Assembly (NCBI GenBank): GCA_944324425.1
Contig: CALUWE010000006.1
Coordinates: 39,071-103,070 of the forward strand
Source: Candidatus Gastranaerophilales bacterium
GTDB lineage: Bacteria > Cyanobacteriota > Vampirovibrionia > Gastranaerophilales > Gastranaerophilaceae
Length of the DNA: 64,000 nucleotides
Reading direction: 5' to 3'
Position numbers and translations under genes: made by a program. Positions 1-8,700 of this stretch are shown here, one piece after another; the stretch's first letter is position 1; every line of letters starts with the position of its first letter. A model generated the notes under the pieces. The model saw nothing but the letters and a program-made list of their open reading frames with translations. It was not told the origin of the DNA and made no database searches.

Positions 1-839
1 TGGGGTCGGATTATGACTTTACAACATTAACAATGACAAACGAAGGCGATAATGGCGACATTACATATAACGTAAAAGATAAAGACGGAAATGATGCTTG
101 GGTAAGATTGGATAAATTCGGAAACGAAACCGCAAGAACAATTGAAACACAAGAAAATCAATTCTACTCAATTTACAATGAAAATGACGTTAACCAAGGC
201 GAAGACGGCGCAACTAGAATTGTAATGAGAACTTTTGATGAAAACGGCGAAAAAATTGTTGATGAAGCAAAAGCGGACGCAGATAAAATTTCTTACGATA
301 ATATTGCAGGCCTGCAAACCATTTTAGCCCAATTGAGCAGTGTTATGAGCGGCGAATACGACGCTGAAGACATTCCTCAAGACATTATTGAGACCGCTGA
401 AGTAATTAAAGGAATGTACGCTGACGGCGCAACCGCAGAAGATGTTAAATCAACTGTTGTAAGCTTTATTGCAAACGCACTGAATCTTGATCCCGAAGAA
501 GTTGCAAACACAAAAACATTAAGCGAAGAAATTGACAAAGGAATAAACAACAAAACAGACTGGTTTGTTACGGCGGCAGAACCCGAAGAAAAAGATGCAT
601 GGGGCGGCTTTAGTGTTGATGGCGACTTAGTTTCGGATGAAATTAAAGAACAAATCAAAAAAGATTTTGACGGCAAAGCTAATTTAGACAGCATATGGGT
701 GCAAAAATCCGACAACAATTTGGTTACATACGGCTTTAAAGACGAAAACGGTAACAATGTTTGGATTCGCTATGAAATAGGCGAAGACGGAACCCCAAAA
801 GCTGTTAAACAAACAATTGCCGCAAAAGAAGACGAATAA
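1..839 (+). CDS. hypothetical acidic protein, 5'-truncated by window edge
   Basis: The frame is open from nt 3 to the TAA at 837-839, with no stop upstream of the Met at 33, and a strong terminator follows. The protein is D/E/N-rich with three KD..GN..W(V/I)R-like motifs. No family recognised. Confidence 0.6.
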   Translation, partial: GSDYDFTTLTMTNEGDNGDITYNVKDKDGNDAWVRLDKFGNETARTIETQENQFYSIYNENDVNQGEDGATRIVMRTFDENGEKIVDEAKADADKISYDNIAGLQTILAQLSSVMSGEYDAEDIPQDIIETAEVIKGMYADGATAEDVKSTVVSFIANALNLDPEEVANTKTLSEEIDKGINNKTDWFVTAAEPEEKDAWGGFSVDGDLVSDEIKEQIKKDFDGKANLDSIWVQKSDNNLVTYGFKDENGNNVWIRYEIGEDGTPKAVKQTIAAKEDE

Positions 840-880
840 GACAATTTTACCCTTTCGCTCATTATAAGCAAAACAAAAAA

Positions 881-907
881 GAACCCTAACCTAGGGTTCT
901 TTTTTTA
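881..907. terminator. rho-independent terminator (bidirectional-looking)
   Basis: gaaccctaacctagggttc hairpin with an A-run on the 5' side and a T-run on the 3' side. It sits between the first CDS (+) and tRNA-Asp (-). Confidence 0.8.
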
Positions 908-923
908 ATTTAATTTTATTTAG

Positions 924-1001
924 TGGCGGGGACGACGGGGATCGAACCCGCGACCTCATGCGTGACAGGCATGCGCTCTAACCAATCTGAGCTACGCCCC
1001 C
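924..1001 (-). tRNA. tRNA-Asp (anticodon GTC), CCA encoded
   Basis: Reverse complement is GGGGGCGTAGCTCAGATTGGTTAGAGCGCATGCCTGTCACGCATGAGGTCGCGGGTTCGATCCCCGTCGTCCCCGCCA. It has a 7-bp acceptor stem (one G-U), a GCTC/GAGC D-stem, a CATGC/GCATG anticodon stem with loop CTGTCAC, a GGTTCGATCC T-arm and discriminator G73. Confidence 0.93.
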
Positions 1002-1123
1002 AACTACTAAATTATTCAATTTTCAATTTCTACAAGTTATAGTTTATTTGAGTTGGTACACTTACCGCAAGGCTTGTTCCCAACACATTTAATCATATTA
1101 TAAAAATTTTAATTTGCAATAAA

Positions 1124-1378
1124 CTATTTAGCGTATACACTAACTTGTTTTCTGTTTCTTCTGTGAGGTTCAAATTTAACCACACCGTCAATAAGTGCAA
1201 ATAATGTGTCATCTGAACCAATGCCTACATTATTTCCGGGGTGAACTTTTGTTCCTCTTTGTCTTACTAAAATATTACCTGCAAGAACTTCTTCGCCGCC
1301 GAATTTTTTAACACCAAGACGCTTGCTTTCGGAATCTCTACCGTTTTTGGTTGAACCTAGTCCCTTCTTATGTGCCAT
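1124..1378 (-). CDS. rpmA: 50S ribosomal protein L27
   Basis: [24 protein letters not shown]...[11 protein letters not shown] is a canonical L27. There is no Firmicute-type N-terminal propeptide. Confidence 0.97.
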   Translation of the reverse strand: MAHKKGLGSTKNGRDSESKRLGVKKFGGEEVLAGNILVRQRGTKVHPGNNVGIGSDDTLFALIDGVVKFEPHRRNRKQVSVYAK

Positions 1379-1740
1379 TATTCTTCTCCTGCTTCATTTG
1401 TTGTATCACTTGCAGCTTTTTTAGAAGCTTTTGAGTTAATTTTATTAATCATAACTCTTGTAAATTGTTGTCTGTGGCCTTGTTTTTTTCTGTAACCTTT
1501 TTTAGGGCGTTGTTTGAAAACAATGATTTTTTTAGCTTTATCATGTTTAACAATTGTGCCTTCAACAGTTGCAGCTTCAACATAAGGTGTGCCAACTTTT
1601 GATTTTTTACCGTTTACAAGCATAACAACCTTATCGAAAACAACTTTTTCATCTACATCGTTATGTAATAATTCGATGTCAACGTATCTGCCTTCTTCGA
1701 GTTTGTATTGTTTGCCGCCGGTTTCTACGATAGCATACAT
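1378..1740 (-). CDS. rplU: 50S ribosomal protein L21
   Basis: [17 protein letters not shown] is a canonical L21 N-terminus. Its stop overlaps the rpmA start. Confidence 0.97.
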   Translation of the reverse strand: MYAIVETGGKQYKLEEGRYVDIELLHNDVDEKVVFDKVVMLVNGKKSKVGTPYVEAATVEGTIVKHDKAKKIIVFKQRPKKGYRKKQGHRQQFTRVMINKINSKASKKAASDTTNEAGEE

Positions 1741-1764
1741 TTTATATTGTCCTTTCTGTTAAGG

Positions 1765-1798
1765 GACCGTAGCATTAAATCTGCATTTAGACACGGTC
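1765..1798 (-). promoter_or_regulatory. structured 5' leader hairpin of rplU-rpmA
   Basis: gaccgt...acggtc closing stem with further internal pairing, lying between the predicted -10 box and the rplU RBS (gaaaggac). Confidence 0.45.
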
Positions 1799-1818
1799 AG
1801 CCTCTCTTACGATTTATA

Positions 1819-1847
1819 ACTATAAAATGAACAAGGGCCATTGTCAA
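1819..1847 (-). promoter_or_regulatory. sigma70-type promoter of rplU-rpmA
   Basis: On the minus strand: TTGACA (1847-1842), a 17-nt spacer, then TATAGT (1824-1819). Confidence 0.6.
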
Positions 1848-1866
1848 CCGATTTTATAGTTTTTTG

Positions 1867-3246
1867 TTAAAAAAGGTATTTTGACAAAGCATTTTTATCA
1901 AAAAATTCAATTTCGTCTTTGTTATGAATAAATAAAAGGCAGGTTATAACAGATTTAAACATTGAAAATTCAGGGTATGAAAACTTTCTTCTTAATTCAT
2001 CCATATTATCTGCTAAAAATTCCGTTATAAGAGTTTTATTCTTCAAAGTTAAGGATGTGAAAAAATCCAGCCCTTCTTTGGTTGCAATACCCTCAAAATA
2101 AACAATATCCGGCGATTGAAATTCAATATATCTCATGGCCTTATCTAAATTAAAACCGACAGATTCATTTAATTCAGACTGAATAACGTTTTTCAATTTA
2201 TATTTTGCAATACTCTCTAATGTCATTGCTGTTTTATTTTTGGGTATTAATTCATCCAAAATTGAGTAAACAAGATGCGTTTTACCTGAAAGTGAGCTTC
2301 CGCAAACAAGAACAACTCCGGGGGTTAAAAGTGCATTTTTTAATTTTGAAATCGTGTCTTCATCCTTAATTAATTCCATTAATTTTTTTGGCGGATGATA
2401 AATTTTTAATAAAATCCTCTCGCCTGAAATTGTTGGGTATGCTGAAATGCTTGCGGTTAAACTGATATTATCGACATTAAAAGTTAATTTCCCAAGCTGC
2501 GGAATTTCAGATATTGTTGGGTCAAGTGCGCATAATGACTTCAGCATTTGAATAAAAGGGCTTATTAAAAGCGAAGGGATTGAGCCTGTTGAATAAGCTT
2601 CATCCTGCTTTTTAAAATATACCGTTAGAGAATCTGTCAGGTGTTCAAAATATAATTCATGGATATTTTCTTTTATTGCCTGCTTTAAAATACCCCTGAA
2701 TAAATTTTGAAGATGCTCTTCAGATAAATCTTCATTATGAAGTTCATCAATCCACCTGAAATTATCCTCTTTTTCAGTTACAATATCTTGAACCTTGCCT
2801 TTAAGATCATAATATTCATTGATTTTTTTCAAAATTGTATTTAAAGACCCCAAAACAGGTTCAATTGTTTTTCCCGTTCTTTCAATAATTTTATCTATTG
2901 CAAACAAATCCAAAGGGTCTGCCATAATAACGGTTAAAGTATCTTCAATTTGAAATAGAGGCAGCATTTTATAGGTTATTGCCTCTTTATAGCTGATAAA
3001 TTGAAGACATTTTTTATCAATTTCATAATCATCCAAATTAACGTACGGAATATGAAGCTTTTCTTCCAAAAATTTTAAAAGTTCAGCTTCCGTGATTAAT
3101 GAAGAATTAATTAAAACCTGCCCCAGATTTGTGTTTTGGGCATTTGCAATTTCTTGGGCACGTTCAATATCTTCAAAAGTTATGATATTATTTCGAACCA
3201 AGTCATATTTTAACTTATCTATGGTTTTATTTGTAACTAAATCCAT
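1867..3246 (-). CDS. GspE/PilB-family-derived P-loop protein with a T2SS-E N-terminal (MshEN-like) domain and degenerate ATPase signature motifs
   Basis: The N-terminus (NLGQVLINSSLITEAELLKFLEEK...YKMLPLFQIEDTLTVIMADPLDLFAIDKI) matches the GSPII_E N-domain. Walker A is GSSLSGKT and the SPDIVYFEG segment is Walker-B-like. Asp-box and His-box residues are not recognisable. Confidence 0.7.
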   Translation of the reverse strand: MDLVTNKTIDKLKYDLVRNNIITFEDIERAQEIANAQNTNLGQVLINSSLITEAELLKFLEEKLHIPYVNLDDYEIDKKCLQFISYKEAITYKMLPLFQIEDTLTVIMADPLDLFAIDKIIERTGKTIEPVLGSLNTILKKINEYYDLKGKVQDIVTEKEDNFRWIDELHNEDLSEEHLQNLFRGILKQAIKENIHELYFEHLTDSLTVYFKKQDEAYSTGSIPSLLISPFIQMLKSLCALDPTISEIPQLGKLTFNVDNISLTASISAYPTISGERILLKIYHPPKKLMELIKDEDTISKLKNALLTPGVVLVCGSSLSGKTHLVYSILDELIPKNKTAMTLESIAKYKLKNVIQSELNESVGFNLDKAMRYIEFQSPDIVYFEGIATKEGLDFFTSLTLKNKTLITEFLADNMDELRRKFSYPEFSMFKSVITCLLFIHNKDEIEFFDKNALSKYLF

Positions 3247-3249
3247 AAT

Positions 3250-3618
3250 TTATGCCTCAAGATATTTACGAACGCTTTTCAAAACTTCTTCAAATTCAAA
3301 AGGTTTTGTAATATATTCATTTGCGCCCGTTTCTTCACCTATTAATTTATCAGAATCTTGTCCGCGCGCAGTTACCATAACAATCGGAATGTGCTTATAT
3401 TTGTTGTCATACTTTAAAAGACGGGCAATTTTATAGCCGTTAATTTTTGGCATCATAACATCCAAAATAATTAAGTCGGGATTTTCTTCCTTTGCACATT
3501 TTAAACCCTCTTCTCCGTCATTTGCCGTCAAAACATCATAGCCTGTTGCCTTCAGCATAAAAGAAAGGGTCTCTGTTATATCTTTTTCATCATCTACGAC
3601 AAGAATTTTTTTCTGCAT
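3250..3618 (-). CDS. single-domain CheY-like response regulator
   Basis: Receiver residues are canonical: VVDDE, DLIILDVMMP, VMVTA and YITKPF. It lies 3 nt upstream of the GspE-like gene. Confidence 0.9.
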   Translation of the reverse strand: MQKKILVVDDEKDITETLSFMLKATGYDVLTANDGEEGLKCAKEENPDLIILDVMMPKINGYKIARLLKYDNKYKHIPIVMVTARGQDSDKLIGEETGANEYITKPFEFEEVLKSVRKYLEA

Positions 3619-3648
3619 AAATCACTTCCTAACTATAAACGGCAATAT

Positions 3649-5604
3649 TCAGGCATCTTTTTTATAAAATGCCTTTGATAATACTATATCACAACTTTTA
3701 AGGTTTATTTCATCTTCAATTTTTGAAACCATAAAATCAAATGCGCTTCTGTCTAACCCTTGCATATAAACCTGAGTTACATATTTATCGTTCTTTCGTT
3801 CCAAAAATTCTTTTGAAGTTTTTGTAAGCTTGATTATATTTGAATTTTTAAGATGGTTATAAAATTCAAAATCACTGTTTTCAATGATTTTTAAATATCC
3901 GGTAGATTCCGCTTCGTTTCTGATTTTTAAATTTAGTTCAGCCCTGAAAGCCTTTTCATCACTATAAGCCGGTATTATGAAATTAAAAGTTGAACCTTCA
4001 TTTTTAACGGAATCAACCCAGATTCCGCCCAAATGAGCATCAATAAAATGTTTTGTAATTGTAAGCCCAAGGCCTATGCCGCCCGTGTTTCTTGATAGAG
4101 TATTTTCAATTTGAGAAAATTTATCAAATATTTTTGGTATATCTTCTTTTTCAATGCCAACCCCCGTATCTTGAACGGAAATTTTAACGTATGCACCTGA
4201 ATACTCACCGTCTGAAGGTGTTATCAAAAGGCTCTTATCAGGGTTTTCAATTATGCCTGTTGAAATTCTTATTTTGCCGCCATCAGGGGTAAATTTAATC
4301 GCATTTGTTATAAGATTTGATATAATCTGATCAATTCTGTGCTGGTCAATATAAACATCAGGCAGATTTACATTGTTTTCCAAATTAAATTCAATATTTT
4401 TTTGTGCGGCCTGATTTTTAAAAGTATTATATGCAAGTTCAATTGAAGGCAAAAGCGAAGCTTTTGTAAATTTAAAATCAAACTTTCCTGTCTGCATTCT
4501 TGATAAATCCAACAAATCTTCAATAATGCCTGATAGCCTTGAAACATTTCTTTTTGCAATATTAGCAAAATTTTTGTTGACATCGCCGATAGCCCCGCCC
4601 TGTTCCGATAAAATTATACTTAAAGCATTATTAATAGGGGTCAATGGCGTTCTTAATTCATGAGATACAATTGAAACAAATTCAGATTTCATTCTTTCTA
4701 ATTTTTTCAATTGAATATTAGCATTTATTATATCCTCATATAAAATAGCGCTTCTTAACGGTGCCAAAATTTGATGAATTATGGATTGAAAACAGGTTAC
4801 ATCTTCTTTTGTAAATTTGTTTTTTCTGAATATTTCAATAACGCCTTCAAACTTATCTTTAATAACAATAGGTGCAATTAAAGAATCGTATTCATTAAAA
4901 GAATCGTCAAAATATTCATTTTTATATGAAGGCTTAACATTTTGAATTGTTTCAACCTCAAACCTCGATAATTTAAGGCTTGTAATCCCCACATCTTTTG
5001 CACCCAAAGAAAGCCTTTTAATCAAATTGGAATTAAATTCTTCCGTTGTTTTTTTAAGGGAATTTATATAAAACTTTAACTTATCCTCTTTAAGGTTATC
5101 CCAAAAAAGGGCTGTTGCCGTATCATAGCTTAAAATTCTCTCCAAGCTTTCAAAAGCGACTTCATAAAGTTTTTCTTTTTCCAAAGTGCCTGCAAATTTT
5201 GAACTTGCGTTATAGAATGCATCTATTTGGTACAAATTCTTTTTTAATTCCATATTTTCTTTATAAAGATTAATGAAATTTTGTTTATTTAAAACCGCCA
5301 AATTTATTTCATTTTTCAAAATTTCCGAATTAACCGGCTTTAAAAAAGTTTTAACAGGGGTTTTAATTTCATCTTTATTGTAAGTTTCCGTTATGTAAAA
5401 AATTTCAAATGTTTTATTTGTATTTTTAGCTAAAAGCTCAATTAAAATTGAGGCTGAATTTTCAATCGAAGAATCCAAAATAACGATATCCGACTCAAAA
5501 TTCAAAATATCGTCATACAAAGCTTCATAAAAACCGTTCGCTGTTTTTAAGCTGTATTCCTCTAAATTATATTTTTCGTTTGAAATTACAAATATATTTG
5601 TCAT
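3649..5604 (-). CDS. sensor histidine kinase (pseudo-receiver, coiled coil, GAF-like, HisKA, HATPase, plus a ~105-aa C-terminal extension)
   Basis: H-box SHELRTPLTPI, N-box ISNLITNAIKFT, G-boxes QDTGVGI and GGIGLGL. The N-terminal receiver-like fold lacks the acidic DD pair (VISNE). I place the start at ATG 5604; the in-frame TTG at 5613 is the alternative. Confidence 0.85.
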   Translation of the reverse strand: MTNIFVISNEKYNLEEYSLKTANGFYEALYDDILNFESDIVILDSSIENSASILIELLAKNTNKTFEIFYITETYNKDEIKTPVKTFLKPVNSEILKNEINLAVLNKQNFINLYKENMELKKNLYQIDAFYNASSKFAGTLEKEKLYEVAFESLERILSYDTATALFWDNLKEDKLKFYINSLKKTTEEFNSNLIKRLSLGAKDVGITSLKLSRFEVETIQNVKPSYKNEYFDDSFNEYDSLIAPIVIKDKFEGVIEIFRKNKFTKEDVTCFQSIIHQILAPLRSAILYEDIINANIQLKKLERMKSEFVSIVSHELRTPLTPINNALSIILSEQGGAIGDVNKNFANIAKRNVSRLSGIIEDLLDLSRMQTGKFDFKFTKASLLPSIELAYNTFKNQAAQKNIEFNLENNVNLPDVYIDQHRIDQIISNLITNAIKFTPDGGKIRISTGIIENPDKSLLITPSDGEYSGAYVKISVQDTGVGIEKEDIPKIFDKFSQIENTLSRNTGGIGLGLTITKHFIDAHLGGIWVDSVKNEGSTFNFIIPAYSDEKAFRAELNLKIRNEAESTGYLKIIENSDFEFYNHLKNSNIIKLTKTSKEFLERKNDKYVTQVYMQGLDRSAFDFMVSKIEDEINLKSCDIVLSKAFYKKDA

Positions 5605-5728
5605 AACAGGCAATATGATAGCAAATTAAAGGAAATGTGTCATAAATTTAACAAATATACAAGTTTTTTAAAGTTTTTAACCTTATCGTCGATATAAATT
5701 TTAAGGAAGGCAAGTTTTTGTATTAAAA

Positions 5729-8700
5729 ATGGAAATTAAAGGCAGCTACATTAATTTTAACAACGATGACAATTCAAGGGTAAGAAAAAACCCCGAACCT
5801 TCACCTGCGCCAAAACAAGATGAGAAAAAAACTCCCGAAAAAGAAACTCCCGTTAATCCCGAATATTGGCAAAACAGAGTAGGAATTTCGTTTGGAAACA
5901 AAAAAGAAGCTTCTGAAGAAAAAAATTATACAGATGCTCTTGAAGAACTTTTTGACAAAACACCTTTAGACAGCAGCTTTTCCTACCGGCTGTCAAATGC
6001 TGGCGCAAAAAAGCTTTATGAACTCATTCAAAAAGGAACATTTACACCCGAAGGAATAGCTGCACTCTCAAACAAGCTGAGTATATATACTGCCGAAGAC
6101 AGGGACGCCATCGAACCTCTTGTTGCCGCAGTATATGATATTTGCGCAAAAGAAAACAATGAAGCTGAAAACAATGCAAATGCCGAATATATTACAAATT
6201 TAGCTTCGCCGTTTTTATCGGTACGAAGAATAACGCCCAAAAATTTTATAGCCGCAATAAAAGATTTTACCCCGTTTGAAAGAACAGCAGCGGAATTTTT
6301 TGCGCAAAAAGGCAAAGAAGCTAATGAGTCCGCATTTGCCGAATTGGGCGATTTTAAAAAAACTGTTGCAAGTTTGGATGAAAATAATTTTGAAAGTTAC
6401 AAAACATCATTTGCTAAAAGAGGTGAAGGTTCAAGCCTTTGTGATGCAACATATATGATGAGTTGTTTCGTAAACCCGAAAACCAAAAAATATGATTCTT
6501 TAATAGAAGAAAAGACAAAAGAATTTGAAGCAAAAAGGCAAAGCCTTGATTATATGAACCGCTTCTTCGGACACTCAGAAGTTAAAACAGCTAAAATTGT
6601 AAGAGCCATGGTCGATTTACAAACCGGACAAATAAGCGAAAAAGCCGTTAATTTTACAAACGACTATTTATTTGGCGATAAAGTTGAAACGGAAGATAAC
6701 AAGTTTGTTGCATTTATAAAAAATCTGCGCTCCAAAAGATACATTTTTGCACCGCCATATTATAAAGACTCGTACTCAATGCGTGAAAACTTTGCAGATT
6801 TACTTGACGACATTAAAGATAACACAGGCGCTTTTAACGATACAAACATAAAATATATGTCCAAGTTCCTTGAATCTAAATCAGGCTGGGGCGGCTTCAG
6901 CGATGAATTAAACTTTTTTAAATTCCTTAAAGACGAAAACGGCGTAGCTGAAAGAGGCAAATTTGCTTTTGCACAAAAAATTCTTGATGAAACAAACGAC
7001 ATGAAAAAAACAGGCGAAATTGTGCAAATTTATGCAACCATCGGAAAGAAAAACTTTGACAGCATCTATAAATTCCTAAGAAAAATGTACGACAAAGAAG
7101 ATAGAAACATTTATCAAAATCTTGCCGTAATTGCAAAAAATTGTTTTGATGACAAAGGGAAACCGATAGAAGACAAAATTGAGCTTATCAGAGAATTAAC
7201 AAACGATTTTTCATATGCCGTTAATTTTACCGATCCAATGTTTGAAGCAATGGAAAATGAATATTGCAAAAAAATACTTTTATCCATTAAAGACAGACCG
7301 GGATTTTCCGGATATGATATTTTGGGGCTTTCAAACTTAAAACAAGAGCATTGCGATAAAAACGGCGAAATTACACCCCATGCAAAAGAAAAACTTGAAG
7401 AGTTCCTAAAAACCGGAATTACTCTCGGCAGGCTTCCTTTATTGTATAATTCCTGCTTTAGCAAAAACGAAAACGGCGAGCAAGAATTTGATGAAAAGGG
7501 TTTTCAAAATATATTGGATTTAATTTCATTCAAAACAGACGAATGCAAAAGATTCGGAAAAGTGCTCCTGTCAAGAATGAATAGCGAAGTTTTTATTGAC
7601 ATTGCAAAAAACAGTTTAAATGTTAATACAATGAAATTCAAAAGCAAAATAACTTTGTACGAAGAGCTTAAAAAACTCAATTTTGATAATATAGGTGAAA
7701 ACGATCCGATTGCGGCAAATTTGAAAAAATTATTCTATGAAATTGATGCAAGCTTAACTGCAGATTCGCATTCTCTGCCTGTCGACAGAAAATATATCGA
7801 ACAATTTGCACACAACATTTTCTCTATCGCTAAAAACGGAGAATACAGTGATTTTGAAGCAACCTTAAAAGATTCCATATCAAAATTGGAAAAAATGGAA
7901 AACGGTCTTCCATTAAGCTACTCAAGAGAAGATTTTCTTTCTGATTTGTCTCAGCTTTTAGATAGCGAAGAAAAAATTAAAGCTGTTGAAAACAAAACAG
8001 AGGTAAGTTTTAACTATGAAAAAAACGGCAGCGAAATAAACATTTTAGGATACGAAGGTATTTTAACACCGGATAAATTAGACAGAAGTGATAAATTTGA
8101 AAATGAAATCTACGGCCTTTGCCACAATTTTATGTATAACAACAGCGTAAATACAGGTGATAAAAAACTGGACGAACAGCTGAATTCAATAATAAAAGCG
8201 GCGCCCGAATTTATAAATACAATAGGAAAAAAACAGCATGGAACCCACAAACACACCTTGGATATTCACCAGCTGCTTGTACTTGCCAGATCAATAGACA
8301 ATCCCGACTATTTGAAATTAGATGACTTAGATAAGGCAATGCTCAAAATAACCGCTCTGTTTCACGATATAGCAAAACAGGAAGGAGTTGTTGATAAAGG
8401 CCACCAAGAACCCTCCGCACTATATTCAAGGGGTATTGTCAGGAAATTCATAAAAAATCCTGAAACAGTCGAAAGAATTTATGAATTAATAAAAAATCAC
8501 CATTGGACAGAAGAATATGCCAATGCGGCGGACAGAGAAGAAGCCGCAAAAGCCATAGCGTTTAAATTTCGCCGTCCGAACGACTTTGAAATTGCAAAAA
8601 TAATCGCAAGGTCAGATTTAATGTCTGTTAATGACGAATTTTACGAGCCGCGCAAAGACATCTTAACAGAAGACAAATTGCTGCCCATTGAAGAAAAATT

